DNA of 64,000 nt from Candidatus Omnitrophota bacterium (GTDB lineage: Bacteria; Omnitrophota; Gorgyraeia; Zapsychrales; Fredricksoniimonadaceae): positions 67,834 to 131,833 of the forward strand of contig JAUSEK010000015.1 in assembly GCA_030650275.1 (NCBI GenBank). Reading direction: 5' to 3'. A program made the position numbers and the translations under genes. Every line of letters begins with the position of its first letter. The first letter of the stretch is position 1. Below are positions 1 to 12,835 of the stretch, one piece after another. Under the pieces are notes generated by a model. It ran no database searches and was not told the origin of the DNA. It saw nothing but the letters and a program-made list of their open reading frames with translations.

Positions 1-1634
1 GGGGCGCCGCCATGACTATAGACAATGGGGATCGTCACAACCAGGTCATTTCCGGCCATATCCGGCGGGAACGCGGCGAACGGGGCCGCTATTTTGGCGG
101 TATTCAAAGCGTCCTGGTCAAATACGTCGTGTCCGGAGGGCTCCACGACCACGGCTTCAGACAAAGACCCGTCCTTGGCGATGCGCAATCTCAACTTCAC
201 TGTTCCCTGCCAGTTTTTCTGCAGGGCCTCATAGGGATAAGCGATCGACTGGGAGATCTTCATCTGCACCAAACGGACATACGCGGCCATTCCTGTGACG
301 GGAACGACCACCACCGGCGCTTTGGCCGGGGGGGTTGCCCCAAAATTCAACGGTCTCTTGTCAAAACGCGCGTTGGTCTCGCTTTGAAAGTTATGCAGGG
401 CTTTGGAAGGATAGACGGTCTCCTGGGCCGCGTACTTCTTGTCTTTAAGGATGGTCGGTGTCAGCGTGATCACCAGCTCCGTATCGGTATTGACGGTCGG
501 AGTGCTGCGGTTGCGGAACAGCATCCCCACGATCGGAATGCTGCTGAAGAACGGCACCCTCTTGACGCTGTCCCCGTCATTGTGCTTGATCAATCCCGCC
601 AGGACAATGGTCTGGCCGTTATCCAAATATAACTGTGTCTGGGCCTCGCGGGTCAAAAACGCCACGTCATTGCCGACCTTGTTGGCTTTATCAATGTCCC
701 TGATCTCGACTTTCAGCAAAACATCCACCTTTCCGTCGCGCACCGCCGGAGTGATGGTCAGATTGACCCCGTATTGCTTGAATTGGATATTTTCCTGTGT
801 GCTGCCGCCGCTGGCGCTGGTCGTGGTGGTGCGGATGGGGATCTCACCGCCGACGAGGAAGCTGGCTTCCTTGCCGCTGACAACGACTAATCGCGGATTG
901 GAAAGCACGCGGCCTTTGCCTTCTTCCACCAAAGCGTTGACCACCGACATGATGGCGCTGGTGCGGTTGAAATCACCGATCTTGAAGAAATCTTTCACGC
1001 TTCCGTTGGTGGTCGGCAAAGATTCATTATACTTCAATGCGACCGCGCGGCTGCTGTCCGAAGCATCCGCGTTGGTCCATTCAAAACCGATGTTCTTATT
1101 GAGCGTGGTGTTCAATTCCGTGATCTGCATGTCCACCTGCACCAGATCGTCGCTGGTCTCTTCCATGGTGAGGTTGATGACATTGGCGGCATAGGGATCG
1201 GTGAATTTTTCCAGCACCGCCTTATCTGCTTTGGTGACGGCGCCGGAAAGGACGATCTTGCCTTCCATCAGATTTTCTTCAACGGTCACGCCCTTAATGC
1301 CCGCCTTGGCCATGACGTTCGAAATGCGCTCTTTCAGGGCCTTGAGGTCCTCGCCGGCCACCCGCACGGTGATCGCGCGCTTGCCGTCATCATCCCACAC
1401 AAAGATCGCGGTCTGGCCCGATTTTTTGGCCAGGATCAGGACCTTGTCCGGTTTCGCGTCGCTGACATCCGCCACCGAGGGGTCGGTGACTGACAGGCGG
1501 GTGAGATTCTTGACCTCAATGGTCTCCAGGTCCCCGGTGATCATATCAATATTTTGCGTCTGCTCATCCCCGGCAAAAACGGGCATCACCACACAAGCGA
1601 TCACCAAACCGGCGTATAAAAAATTCTTTTTCAT
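1..1634 (-). CDS. Flp/Tad pilus secretin (CpaC/RcpA-like), partial at window edge, with a C-terminal TonB_C-like domain
   Basis: Manual minus-strand translation from the ATG at 1634 gives an open frame with no stop down to position 1. It starts with a signal peptide (MKKNFLYAGLVIACVVMPVFA). It has a secretin core (LSNPRLVVVSGKEASFLVGGEIPI...TELVITLTPTIL). The C-terminus is YPYEALQKNWQGTVKLRLRIAKDGSLSEAVVVEPSGHDVFDQDALNTAKIAAPFAAFP, typical of TonB C-terminal domains. It is not in the ORF track because it runs off the window. Confidence 0.7.
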   Translation of the reverse strand, partial: MKKNFLYAGLVIACVVMPVFAGDEQTQNIDMITGDLETIEVKNLTRLSVTDPSVADVSDAKPDKVLILAKKSGQTAIFVWDDDGKRAITVRVAGEDLKALKERISNVMAKAGIKGVTVEENLMEGKIVLSGAVTKADKAVLEKFTDPYAANVINLTMEETSDDLVQVDMQITELNTTLNKNIGFEWTNADASDSSRAVALKYNESLPTTNGSVKDFFKIGDFNRTSAIMSVVNALVEEGKGRVLSNPRLVVVSGKEASFLVGGEIPIRTTTTSASGGSTQENIQFKQYGVNLTITPAVRDGKVDVLLKVEIRDIDKANKVGNDVAFLTREAQTQLYLDNGQTIVLAGLIKHNDGDSVKRVPFFSSIPIVGMLFRNRSTPTVNTDTELVITLTPTILKDKKYAAQETVYPSKALHNFQSETNARFDKRPLNFGATPPAKAPVVVVPVTGMAAYVRLVQMKISQSIAYPYEALQKNWQGTVKLRLRIAKDGSLSEAVVVEPSGHDVFDQDALNTAKIAAPFAAFPPDMAGNDLVVTIPIVYSHGGA

Positions 1635-1637
1635 GGG

Positions 1638-2492
1638 TTAAAGCTCCTTGCCGCCCTTGAAGATCTGAATGTACGGCTTTTCGATCGACTCCTTGGTCCT
1701 GCTCTCACCGGGGTCATCCGGAACGCGGATATTAGCACCCTGATTTTGCAAAACATAATCCGCCAGCGTCTTCCACGTGGACGCCTTGACCATCTGGTGT
1801 TCGCGCTCGTTGGGAGAGCGCAAGGCGAGTTCCAATTTACCGTTGATGTCCGCGAACGCCAACAGCCCGGCTTCCTGGGGGTCCACGGCAAACGTCACTT
1901 TCAAAGACGGCGCGGTCTGCTGTTCATCATAATAACCCGGCTCATCCAAATTGGTATTGACAGCCAGAACCTGCAGGTCCTGAAAGATCATGGCGGTCAC
2001 TGTATTGCTGTTCTTTTTGGCCTCGGGGCCGCTGGCATAGCTGGACACCGGAACGCTCAAATGGGCGATGATGTCCACAAAATCCCCGGCATTGAGAAGC
2101 CCGCCGACCGCGGACAGGGAATCGATCATGACCGTGACCGCGCGCTTGCCCTCCGGCGTTTTGATCGCCAAAGAGGTCTTGCTGCGCCTTCTCTCCCCCG
2201 CCGGACCCTTCTGGCCCGTTTGCTGCAAGGCGGCCATCTGTTTTTTGATCACTTCCGTCTGCTCGGTCTTGACGCGCTCAAGCTCCTGGCCCAACGCGGC
2301 CATTTTCTGGTCGCTGTCCTGCTTGATCTGGGTGACGACCTCTTTTTGCTTGGCCTCATATTCCTCGGCCAATTGCGTGGTACGCGCCTCAATGCTGTTT
2401 TTAACGTAACTGCTGGTCATGACGGTCGCCATGATGCCCGCCGCGACCGCGAAGACAATGAGCAGGATTTGCCTGCGGTTTTCAATAGCCAT
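1638..2492 (-). CDS. cpaB: Flp pilus assembly protein CpaB/RcpC (SAF domain)
   Basis: 284 aa. N-terminal TM segment, then a coiled-coil region. C-terminal AVTVMIDSLSAVGGLLNAGDFVDIIAHL resembles the CpaB SAF/PGDRVD motif region. It lies immediately upstream of the secretin. Confidence 0.6.
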   Translation of the reverse strand: MAIENRRQILLIVFAVAAGIMATVMTSSYVKNSIEARTTQLAEEYEAKQKEVVTQIKQDSDQKMAALGQELERVKTEQTEVIKKQMAALQQTGQKGPAGERRRSKTSLAIKTPEGKRAVTVMIDSLSAVGGLLNAGDFVDIIAHLSVPVSSYASGPEAKKNSNTVTAMIFQDLQVLAVNTNLDEPGYYDEQQTAPSLKVTFAVDPQEAGLLAFADINGKLELALRSPNEREHQMVKASTWKTLADYVLQNQGANIRVPDDPGESRTKESIEKPYIQIFKGGKEL

Positions 2493-2524
2493 GCTATTTC
2501 CTCCGCGCTTTTGAACGCCCGTGT

Positions 2525-3427
2525 TTATTTCGCCGGGGCCAAAAGCTCTTGATTGATCTCGACCTTGGTTTTCTCGGCCAATTGATTGATGTGGTCCAAA
2601 ATGGCCTTTTGCTGTTTGCGCAGCGTTAAACCGGCGATCAAATCCTGTTTGACCCCGGCAAAGGGCTTCATCGCCCCGCCTTTTTTACTGTCCACCTTAA
2701 CGATATAAAAGCCCTCGGGCCCTTTGAACACGGAGCTGACGCCGCCGGCATCCAAATTGGCAATGGCACTTTGCATGGCTTCAAAAGGAGCTTTGGTGAA
2801 TGCCGGTAACGCTCCACCGCCGGAAGCGGTCTTGGCCTTGGACTGGGCCTTGGCCGTTTCAGCAAAATCCGCGCCCTGCAGGAGTTGGACTAAAATGTTC
2901 TTGGCCGCGGTTTCGTCGGCAACCATGATTTCGCGTACGGTATACTGCACTGGCTCAACAAAAAGGTCTTTGTTCTGGTCATAATATTCCTGGGCCTCTT
3001 TCTCGTCGGCAACAATGTCCTTGGTCAATTGATTGGCTAATTTTTGCACCAAAAGCGTGCGGCGGAAATCCTCCACCGCCTCGGTGATGTCGCTTTCCCG
3101 GGCGAGGCCGGAATTTTCGGCGTCCTTGACCAACAGCTGCTGGCGAATGAGTTCATTGAGAAGCGCTTCTTTGGACCCGGGCTTGGTGGCGTCAAAATCA
3201 GGCAGGCCTTCTTTAAGGAGTTTAAGGCGTTCTTCAAATTGCGACCCGGTCAACGTCCATCCGCCCACGCGGACAAGGACGTCTTTAGGGATAGGGGAAG
3301 ATGTTTCAGCCGCGCTTGGGGCCGGAGCCGGGGCTTTCTTGGGAGGACTAAAAAGATCACACCCTGTAAAAATAATTGTGAATAAAAAAACTGCGGCCAT
3401 CCGTGTCCAGCAAAATGCTCTCTTCAT
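2525..3427 (-). CDS. Parvulin-type peptidyl-prolyl cis-trans isomerase lipoprotein (SurA/PrsA-like)
   Basis: 300 aa. Lipoprotein-like N-terminus (FTGCDLFS). PpiC-like C-terminal region (FAETAKAQSKAKTASGGGALPAFTKAPFEAMQSA...GFYIVKVDSK). Confidence 0.6.
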   Translation of the reverse strand: MKRAFCWTRMAAVFLFTIIFTGCDLFSPPKKAPAPAPSAAETSSPIPKDVLVRVGGWTLTGSQFEERLKLLKEGLPDFDATKPGSKEALLNELIRQQLLVKDAENSGLARESDITEAVEDFRRTLLVQKLANQLTKDIVADEKEAQEYYDQNKDLFVEPVQYTVREIMVADETAAKNILVQLLQGADFAETAKAQSKAKTASGGGALPAFTKAPFEAMQSAIANLDAGGVSSVFKGPEGFYIVKVDSKKGGAMKPFAGVKQDLIAGLTLRKQQKAILDHINQLAEKTKVEINQELLAPAK

Positions 3428-3596
3428 CCAGTCCTCCCGGTATCCTTAATAATATAAGGGTAAGTATATCCGTTAAATGTCAAAAATGCAAGTTTTGCGG
3501 CCATTTTTACCACGATTTTTTAACACTTTTTCAGCAACCCTAATTCTACCAACACTTAATATAATATATTAAATTTTTACTGTGTCAACAAGCCGC

Positions 3597-4577
3597 TCAT
3601 AAAATCGCATCAACCGCCTGTTTTTCACTTAAAAGCTCATCCAGGGTGATCTTGATCCTGGCTTTAGCAAAATCGTTGTGGTTGAGGCCCTGAACGATCT
3701 CCCAGTCCTGTCCGTTGGAACGCAAAGGAAAACCGAACATGATGCCTTGCGGGATGCCGTAACTGCCGTCCGAAGCGACCGCGGCTGAAAAGAACGCGCC
3801 GGCAGGTGTTGGGGTCATGATATTGCGCAGCGTGTCCACCGCCGCGTTGGCCGCGGAAGCCGCGGAAGAAAGCCCCCTGGCCTTGATGATGGCGGCCCCG
3901 CGCTTTTGCACGGTCTCAATGAACGCGCCTTCCAGCCACGCCTTGTCAGTAATGACTTCCGTCACCGGACGGCCGTTAATGACGGCATTATAAAAATCGG
4001 GGTATTGCGTCGCCGAATGATTGCCCCAGATGGCCACCCTGCCGACGGAGGCGATGGCAACAGAGGCCTTTTGGGCCAATTGCGCCGCGGCGCGGTTCTG
4101 GTCCAGCATGGTCATGGCGAAAAAATTCTTCGCCGGGATGCTGGTGCAAACGGTCTTGGCGATATAGGCATTGGTGTTGCAGGGATTGCCGACGACCAGG
4201 ATCCTGCACGTCGGCTTGGCCGCCTGGGAAAGCGCCTTGCCCTGTTCTATAAAAACCCCGCCGTTGATCTTCAACAGATCGCCACGCTCCATGCCTTCCT
4301 TGCGCACAACGCTGCCAACGAGAAGTACAAAGTCAGCTCCTTTGAAAGCGGTCTTGGGGTCCGACGTGATGGTCACGGAATTCAATAAAGGAAAAGCGCA
4401 ATCGTCAAGTTCCATGACAACGCCCCGCAAAGCCGGCAGGGCGCCCTCCAATTCCAGCAAACGCAAATCAATGCGGGTGTCTTTGCCGAACATTTCCCCG
4501 GCGGCAATGCGGAACAAAAGCGCGTAGCCGATATGCCCGGCGGCTCCGGTAACGGCAACTGTTATTTGCTTGGACAT
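3597..4577 (-). CDS. mdh: NAD-dependent malate dehydrogenase
   Basis: 326 aa. N-terminal Rossmann motif [25 protein letters not shown] and conserved MDH core ([15 protein letters not shown]). Confidence 0.85.
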   Translation of the reverse strand: MSKQITVAVTGAAGHIGYALLFRIAAGEMFGKDTRIDLRLLELEGALPALRGVVMELDDCAFPLLNSVTITSDPKTAFKGADFVLLVGSVVRKEGMERGDLLKINGGVFIEQGKALSQAAKPTCRILVVGNPCNTNAYIAKTVCTSIPAKNFFAMTMLDQNRAAAQLAQKASVAIASVGRVAIWGNHSATQYPDFYNAVINGRPVTEVITDKAWLEGAFIETVQKRGAAIIKARGLSSAASAANAAVDTLRNIMTPTPAGAFFSAAVASDGSYGIPQGIMFGFPLRSNGQDWEIVQGLNHNDFAKARIKITLDELLSEKQAVDAIL

Positions 4578-4578
4578 A

Positions 4579-5379
4579 TCACTTCCTTTTAATAATTCCC
4601 GGCAAGACCGCTCTTGCCTTTTTTATTTCTTCCATCTTAATTTGCGCGTAAACAATTTCTTCCTTGTTGTCAGATCCGCGCGCGATCACGTTGCCCCACG
4701 GGCCCACCACCATGCTGTTGCCGTACGCCGCAATACCGCGCGCGTCCATGCCGACCTGGTTGGAGGCCAGAACATAGCACAAATTCTCAATGGCGCGCGC
4801 CCTCAATAAAATTTCCCAGTGGGCCTGTCCCGTCTTTTTAGTAAAACACGACGGAACGGTGATGATATCAACCCCCGAAGCGCCGTAACCCAGATAAAGA
4901 TCGGGAAAGCGCAGGTCATAGCACACCGATAGCCCGACGGTAAATTTGCCGACCCGCGCTTTGATGCCAATACGGCCCGGACAAAAGCAGTCGGATTCAC
5001 GGATCGCCTGACCGCCCAGCCGGGCGTCGAATAAATGGATCTTGCGGTACTTCGCCGCCACCCTGCCGCGATCATCGATCAAAACAGACGTATTGTAGGC
5101 CTTACCCCCCGGGGCCTTTTCAAAAACCGAGCCGGCAAGGATAAAAACGCCTTTGGCGCGAGCCAATTTCATGAATGGCTCGACGGAAGCCCCCGGGACC
5201 TTTTCGCTGACGCAAGCGACCAGGGGCTGATCGCGCACGTCCCCGCGGAAATTATAGATCTCGGGAAGCAAAACGAACTGCGCCCCGTTCTCAACGGCGC
5301 GGCGGACAAAAACGAAAGCGCGGGCAATATTGTCATTTTTATCCAACCCGGCATTGAATTGAATTAATGCAATTTTCAT
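4579..5379 (-). CDS. Carbon-nitrogen hydrolase family protein (nitrilase/amidase superfamily)
   Basis: 266 aa. MKIALIQFN...[12 protein letters not shown]...[10 protein letters not shown] matches the CN-hydrolase E-K-C catalytic triad region. Confidence 0.7.
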   Translation of the reverse strand: MKIALIQFNAGLDKNDNIARAFVFVRRAVENGAQFVLLPEIYNFRGDVRDQPLVACVSEKVPGASVEPFMKLARAKGVFILAGSVFEKAPGGKAYNTSVLIDDRGRVAAKYRKIHLFDARLGGQAIRESDCFCPGRIGIKARVGKFTVGLSVCYDLRFPDLYLGYGASGVDIITVPSCFTKKTGQAHWEILLRARAIENLCYVLASNQVGMDARGIAAYGNSMVVGPWGNVIARGSDNKEEIVYAQIKMEEIKKARAVLPGIIKRK

Positions 5380-5401
5380 CGTTGTCCGCTTCTGTCATTC
5401 C

Positions 5402-5492
5402 CGAATGCTTCTGTCGGGAATCCAGAACATGCCCTCCCTGGACCCCCGACAAAAACATTCGGGGGTGACACCTTCGGTGTCATTTTTTCAAC
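5402..5492 (+). repeat. Copy A of a ~90-bp multi-hairpin interspersed repeat (MITE/REP-like family)
   Basis: TGTCATTCCCGAATGCTTCTGTCGGGAATCCAG...GACCCCCGACAAAAACATTCGGGGGTGACACCTTCGGTGTCAT. It has three short inverted repeats. Related copies are at 34619-34701 (reverse orientation), 47801-47890 and 52133-52177. Confidence 0.85.
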
Positions 5493-6115
5493 ATTTCCCC
5501 GTATTCCTTATAACATTTGGTATAAAACGGCTGTTCTTTCAATTCCTGACGCCATGCGCCCAGGTGCGGATACGGACTTAAACTGAAATTCGCCATTTCC
5601 ACGGGCTCAAGCATCGCGAACAGAACAATGTCGGCGAGGGTAAGGCTCTCACCGACAACATGTTTATGCACCGACAATTGTTTTTCAATGACAGGGAGCT
5701 GCGCGTCCAGAAATTTGAGCGCGTCTGCCAGAGATTGTTCATTCACGGGCCGGCCGAAACGTGGGGCAAAGACCCGGCTATAGACGACCGTGGCCAGGTG
5801 GGCATTGATATGGAATGAAATAAAATCAACCCACTGATCAATGACCGCCCTTTGTTTGAGGTCTTGTGGGTACAGGGGGGAGTTGTGTTTTGAGGCCAGA
5901 TATTTGCAAATGGCATTGCTTTCAAAAAGATGAAATCCGTCGTCGTCAATGGCCGGCACCTTGCCGACGGGGTTTATTTTCAGGAACCATTCGTTTTTTT
6001 GCTCGCCCTCGCGCAAATTGACGAGTTGCCATTTGTGCTCGATGCCCATCCAGCTGGCGGCCAGGCGCACCTTAATGGCCGGGCCTGAAAGGTCGGAGCC
6101 GTAAATCGTTAACAT
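5480..6115 (-). CDS. Glutathione S-transferase family protein
   Basis: ORF 5480-6238. The true start is likely MLTIYGSDLSGPAIKV... (6115). GST N-terminal thioredoxin-like fold and GST C-terminal region. The longer ORF would overlap tRNA-Glu. Confidence 0.65.
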   Translation of the reverse strand: MLTIYGSDLSGPAIKVRLAASWMGIEHKWQLVNLREGEQKNEWFLKINPVGKVPAIDDDGFHLFESNAICKYLASKHNSPLYPQDLKQRAVIDQWVDFISFHINAHLATVVYSRVFAPRFGRPVNEQSLADALKFLDAQLPVIEKQLSVHKHVVGESLTLADIVLFAMLEPVEMANFSLSPYPHLGAWRQELKEQPFYTKCYKEYGEMLKK

Positions 6116-6198
6116 GGGGTTTCCTCGATTTTTCTTCTTGACGAAGAGGTGAGGGTTACTATAATTAGGGCAATCATTTTTGCCCTTCTTGTTTTTTC

Positions 6199-6272
6199 GA
6201 CCCCATCGTCTAGCCTGGTCAGGACACAAGCTTTTCAAGCTTGCAGCACGGGTTCAAATCCCGTTGGGGTCG
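6199..6272 (+). tRNA. tRNA-Glu (anticodon TTC)
   Basis: GACCCCATCGTCTAGCCTGGTCAGGACACAAGCTTTTCAAGCTTGCAGCACGGGTTCAAATCCCGTTGGGGTCG. 7-bp acceptor stem, anticodon loop CTTTTCAAG, TPsiC GGTTCAAATCC. Confidence 0.85.
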
Positions 6273-6276
6273 TTCT

Positions 6277-8736
6277 TTATTCGTCCTCTTTACCGACGAC
6301 GACGTGGGCGATGGAACTGACCATGTCCTTGGCCTGCAAACTGATGAGCCGGACCCCCTGCGCGCTGCGGCCGGTCTCCCGGATCTCCGAGGGGGAAGAG
6401 CGCACGACCATGCCCTTCTTGGTCACCGCCATGATCTGGTCCTCGTCCATGACGGACAAAACAGCGACCACGGGGCCGTTTTTCTCGGTCACCTTCACGT
6501 TGATGATCCCTTTGCCGGCACGCGATTGGGTGCGGTAGTCGGCAAAGTCCGATCTTTTGGCATACCCCAATTCGCACACCGTCAAGAGTTTCGCGCCCGT
6601 CTTATCCACGTCCGGCGCAAAGACCAGCATCGCCACGCAAAAATCGCCCTTGTCAAGATGGATGCCGTGCACGCCCTTGGCCGAACGGCCCATGTCGCGC
6701 AATTGCTTCTCGGGAAAACGCAGGGAGATGCCCTGGCGCGTGGCCAGAAGAACGTCCTCTTTGCCGTTGCTTAAAGCCACACCGATCAGCTCATCCTCCT
6801 TTTCCAGGCCGATGCCGACGATGCCTCCTTTGCGCGGATTGCCGAACGCGGACAAGGCGGTTTTTTTGACCAGGCCGAATTTGGTGGCAAAAACCAGGTG
6901 CTGGTCTTCGCGGAATTCCTTGACCGCCACAATGGCGCTGATCTTTTCTTCGGGCTTGAACGAAAGCAAATTGACAATGGCCTTGCCCTTGGCCGCGCGT
7001 GAGGCGACGGGGATCTCATACACCTTGAGCCAGCGCACGGTCCCGGCATTGGAAAAAATGAGCAGGTGGTCCTTGGACGACGCGACGAACATGCGCTCGA
7101 CAAAATCCTCTTCCGCGGTCGTCATGGCCGTGACGCCCTTGCCCCCGCGTTTCTGCGAATGGTAGGCATCCACGGACAGGCGCTTGATATAGCCCTTGTT
7201 GGTGATGGTGATGGCCATGTCCTCGTCGGCGATCATGTCCTCGATGGCGATGTCCTCGGCCCTGCCGGCGATCGCGGTGCGCCGCTCATCCGCGTACTTT
7301 TTCTTCAATTGCGCCAGCTCGTCCTTGATGAGCGCGTCCACTTTCTCGTCGGAAGCCAGGATGGCGCGGTAATCGTCGATGTCTTTGAGCAGCTGCTGGT
7401 ACTCGGCCTCGATCTTGTCCCTCTCGAGCGCGGCCAAACGCTGCAATTGCATTTCCAGGATCGCCTGCGCCTGCGCGTCGGAAAGGTCAAATTTCTTGAT
7501 CAGCGCTTCCTTGGCGTCGGCCGTGGTCTTGGACGCGCGGATGGTCTTAATGATCTCGTCGAGATGCTTGAACGCGGTCTTTAAACCTTCCAGAATATGG
7601 GCACGGCGTACCGCTTTGTCCAGGTCGAACTGCGTGCGCCGGCGGATGACGACGCGGCGGTGCCCGATATAATGGCCCATCAATTGTTTGAGGTTGAGGA
7701 CCTTAGGCGACCGGTTGACCAGCGCCAGATTGATGATGCCGAAGGTCACCTCCATCTGCGTGTGCTTATAAAGGTAGTTCAGGACGATGTCGGGGTTAAC
7801 GTCCCGGCGCAGTTCAATGACAACACGGATGCCATCCTTGTCGCTTTCGTCGCGGATATCGGTGATGCCGTCGATCTGTTTGTTCTGCACCAGGTCCGCG
7901 ATGGCCGTGATCAGGTTGGCCTTGTTGACCTGATAAGGCACCTCATCAATGATGATCGTTTCCTTGTTGCCTTTCTGCTGTTCAATGGAGACCTTGGCGC
8001 GGATGAGCACCTTGCCCCGGCCCGTGTTGTACGCGCCGGCAATGCCCTCGCGGCCGCAAATGATGCCTCCCGTCGGAAAATCAGGCCCCTTGACGAATTT
8101 CATCAGGTCCTTGACCACCGCGTCCGGGTTATCAAGCAGATGGACGATGCCGTCGATGACCTCACCCAGATTGTGCGGCGCCATATTGGTGGCCATGCCC
8201 ACCGCGATGCCCGAAGAGCCGTTGACCAGCAGGTTGGGGACCATGCCCGGCAAAATGTCCGGCTCCTCGAGCGACCCATCAAAATTCGGCGAAAAATCAA
8301 CGGTCTGCTTGTCAATGTCCCCCATCATGTCCTCGGCAACGGACGCCATGCGGGCCTCGGTGTAACGCATCGCCGCGGCCGCGTCCCCGTCAATGGACCC
8401 GAAATTGCCCTGCCCGTCGATCAAAGGATAACGCAGGGAAAAGTCCTGCACCATGCGCACCATGGTGTCATAGACCGCGGAATCACCGTGGGGGTGGTAC
8501 TTGCCTAAGACCTCACCGACGATGCGCGCGCTTTTCTTGTAGGGCTTGTTGTGTTCAAGGTTCAAATCCTTCATCGCGTACAGGATGCGCCGGTGAACGG
8601 GCTTTAAGCCATCGCGCACGTCCGGCAGGGCCCGGCCCACGATGACGGACATCGAATAGGCCAGATAGGACTTCTTCATTTCCTCTTCGATGTAAACAGG
8701 AACGATCTTTTCTTTTTTGTTCAAATCGCGCGACAT
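6277..8736 (-). CDS. gyrA: DNA gyrase subunit A
   Basis: ORF 6277-8772. The true start is probably [53 protein letters not shown] (canonical GyrA N-terminus). Active-site region [12 protein letters not shown]-terminal beta-pinwheel repeats. Confidence 0.95.
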   Translation of the reverse strand: MSRDLNKKEKIVPVYIEEEMKKSYLAYSMSVIVGRALPDVRDGLKPVHRRILYAMKDLNLEHNKPYKKSARIVGEVLGKYHPHGDSAVYDTMVRMVQDFSLRYPLIDGQGNFGSIDGDAAAAMRYTEARMASVAEDMMGDIDKQTVDFSPNFDGSLEEPDILPGMVPNLLVNGSSGIAVGMATNMAPHNLGEVIDGIVHLLDNPDAVVKDLMKFVKGPDFPTGGIICGREGIAGAYNTGRGKVLIRAKVSIEQQKGNKETIIIDEVPYQVNKANLITAIADLVQNKQIDGITDIRDESDKDGIRVVIELRRDVNPDIVLNYLYKHTQMEVTFGIINLALVNRSPKVLNLKQLMGHYIGHRRVVIRRRTQFDLDKAVRRAHILEGLKTAFKHLDEIIKTIRASKTTADAKEALIKKFDLSDAQAQAILEMQLQRLAALERDKIEAEYQQLLKDIDDYRAILASDEKVDALIKDELAQLKKKYADERRTAIAGRAEDIAIEDMIADEDMAITITNKGYIKRLSVDAYHSQKRGGKGVTAMTTAEEDFVERMFVASSKDHLLIFSNAGTVRWLKVYEIPVASRAAKGKAIVNLLSFKPEEKISAIVAVKEFREDQHLVFATKFGLVKKTALSAFGNPRKGGIVGIGLEKEDELIGVALSNGKEDVLLATRQGISLRFPEKQLRDMGRSAKGVHGIHLDKGDFCVAMLVFAPDVDKTGAKLLTVCELGYAKRSDFADYRTQSRAGKGIINVKVTEKNGPVVAVLSVMDEDQIMAVTKKGMVVRSSPSEIRETGRSAQGVRLISLQAKDMVSSIAHVVVGKEDE

Positions 8737-8762
8737 AACAACCCTTTCAATTGCAGAATTAT

Positions 8763-8818
8763 GGGGACACAATACTTAATTCAGTCGTAGAACCGCAGGA
8801 ATTAAGTATTGTGTCCCC
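8763..8818. repeat. 58-bp perfect palindrome (20-bp arms GGGGACACAATACTTAATTC, 16-nt loop), copy 1 of 2
   Basis: Seen directly. It lies between the gyrB stop and the gyrA start. An identical-arm copy is at 63368-63425. Confidence 0.9.
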
Positions 8819-8837
8819 ATAATTCCATAATTCTGCA

Positions 8838-11565
<2,728 letters not shown>

Positions 11566-11592
11566 GGCGCAACAGAAAAATCAAAAATGACA

Positions 11593-12687
11593 TTATAGCC
11601 GCATCGGCAAAGCCAGATACAAATAATCCCGCAGGCGTATCACACACGGCTTGTCCGGCCCCAAAAATTCCATTTCAATGCGCTCGTCGGCGATGTTTTT
11701 AAGGACGTCAATGAAAAACTGAGGGTTGAACCCGGCCATGATCTCATTGTGCCCGTATTCCACCGCCACTTCTTCGCGGCTTTCCCCGACGTCCGGCGTG
11801 GATTTGGAGATCACAAGCTTTTCCTTGAACAACTCAAATTTGATGGCCTGAAAATCCCGGGTGGATAAAAGGTTGGCCCGCCGGATGGCGGCCAAAAGGT
11901 CCTGTGTCTTGACCTTGACTTTCGCGGCGATCTCTTTGGGAACGACCTGCTTATAGTTGGGGAATTCCCCTTCAATGATGCGGGTGGCGATCAAAACGCC
12001 GTCGATATTAAAAAGGACCTGGTTTGTACCGACCGTAATCGAACAATTCCCGCTATCTTTCAAGTTGCGGTTGATCTCTCCGACCGCTTTGATCGGTAGA
12101 ATGATATTAATGTCTTTGCCGTACGGCGCCACGAGTTTCTTTTCGATCTTCGCCAAACGCCGCCCGTCGGTCGCCACCATGCGCGCCGTGTCCCCGGAGA
12201 CCTCCAATAAAATACCGTTGAGCACATACCTGGATTCTTCATAAGAAACAGCGAATGACGTCAGCCGTATCATTTCTTTCAGATCGCTTTGTTTGATCAG
12301 GACCGTATCCTTTTCCTTAAATTCAGGGAATTTTGGGAATTCGTCTTTAGCCAATCCGTTGAGTTTAAACTGGCAGTTGACCCCTTCAATTTCGATCTGG
12401 TTGTTCTTGCGGGTGTAGATCACAACTTCCCCACTGGGTAACTCACGGATAATATCGCTGAATTTCTTGGCCGGGACCGTGATCGCCCCTTGTTCAAGGA
12501 TGTGGACAGGCAATTCACAGGAAATCCCGATATCCAGATCTGTTGTGTTCATCTTTAAAATATCGTCCTGGACCTCTAAAAGCATGTTGGATAATATAGG
12601 AAGGGTTGTTTTTTGAGAAACAATATTACCCACCACCCCGATACCGGCCAGCAGTTCTTCCTTATTCACCTTGATTTTCATATTCAC
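11593..12687 (-). CDS. dnaN: DNA polymerase III beta sliding clamp
   Basis: 364 aa. Three-domain clamp. Conserved N-terminus MKIKVNKEELLAGIGVV and C-terminal LGPDKPCVI...YLYLALPMRL. Confidence 0.95.
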   Translation of the reverse strand: MNMKIKVNKEELLAGIGVVGNIVSQKTTLPILSNMLLEVQDDILKMNTTDLDIGISCELPVHILEQGAITVPAKKFSDIIRELPSGEVVIYTRKNNQIEIEGVNCQFKLNGLAKDEFPKFPEFKEKDTVLIKQSDLKEMIRLTSFAVSYEESRYVLNGILLEVSGDTARMVATDGRRLAKIEKKLVAPYGKDINIILPIKAVGEINRNLKDSGNCSITVGTNQVLFNIDGVLIATRIIEGEFPNYKQVVPKEIAAKVKVKTQDLLAAIRRANLLSTRDFQAIKFELFKEKLVISKSTPDVGESREEVAVEYGHNEIMAGFNPQFFIDVLKNIADERIEMEFLGPDKPCVIRLRDYLYLALPMRL

Positions 12688-12748
12688 ATCCTCATGCTGT
12701 TTTTATTAAATTGGGCTAAATTCAAATAGCAGTCGTATTAGTAAGGGT

Positions 12749-12831
12749 TGTGGATAAATTGAATTAGAGATAAAAACTGTTGGTAATGATATGGTTATGT
12801 TATTCACAGCTGTGTATAACCCTGTGGACAA
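12749..12831. promoter_or_regulatory. DnaA-box cluster in dnaN|dnaA spacer (candidate oriC / dnaA autoregulatory region)
   Basis: TGTGGATAA (12749-12757, perfect box on the opposite strand). TTATTCACA (12800-12808). TGTGTATAA (12811-12819). TGTGGACAA (12823-12831). The surrounding spacer is AT-rich. Confidence 0.6.
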
Positions 12832-12835
12832 CCCC

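Noticed and set aside
12-1641. Plus-strand ORFs 12-632, 439-1194 and 1201-1641 from the track
   Set aside because: Low-complexity, Arg/Gly-rich translations with no motifs. They lie antisense to a well-supported secretin gene on the minus strand. They are typical shadow ORFs of GC-rich coding DNA.
1746-2552. ORF 1746-2552 (+) and 2068-2409 (+)
   Set aside because: Antisense to cpaB. The composition is typical of shadow frames. No domain signatures.
6241-8508. Several long plus-strand ORFs (6241-6774, 6557-7165, 7066-7584, 7597-8508) opposite gyrA
   Set aside because: They are fully contained antisense to gyrA, whose translation carries unambiguous GyrA motifs. The antisense frames are Arg/Asp/Gly-rich with no motifs.
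8763-8818. Palindrome between gyrB and gyrA as a Rho-independent terminator
   Set aside because: It has a 20-bp stem, but neither copy is followed by a T-tract on either strand. I list it as a repeat/structured element rather than a terminator.
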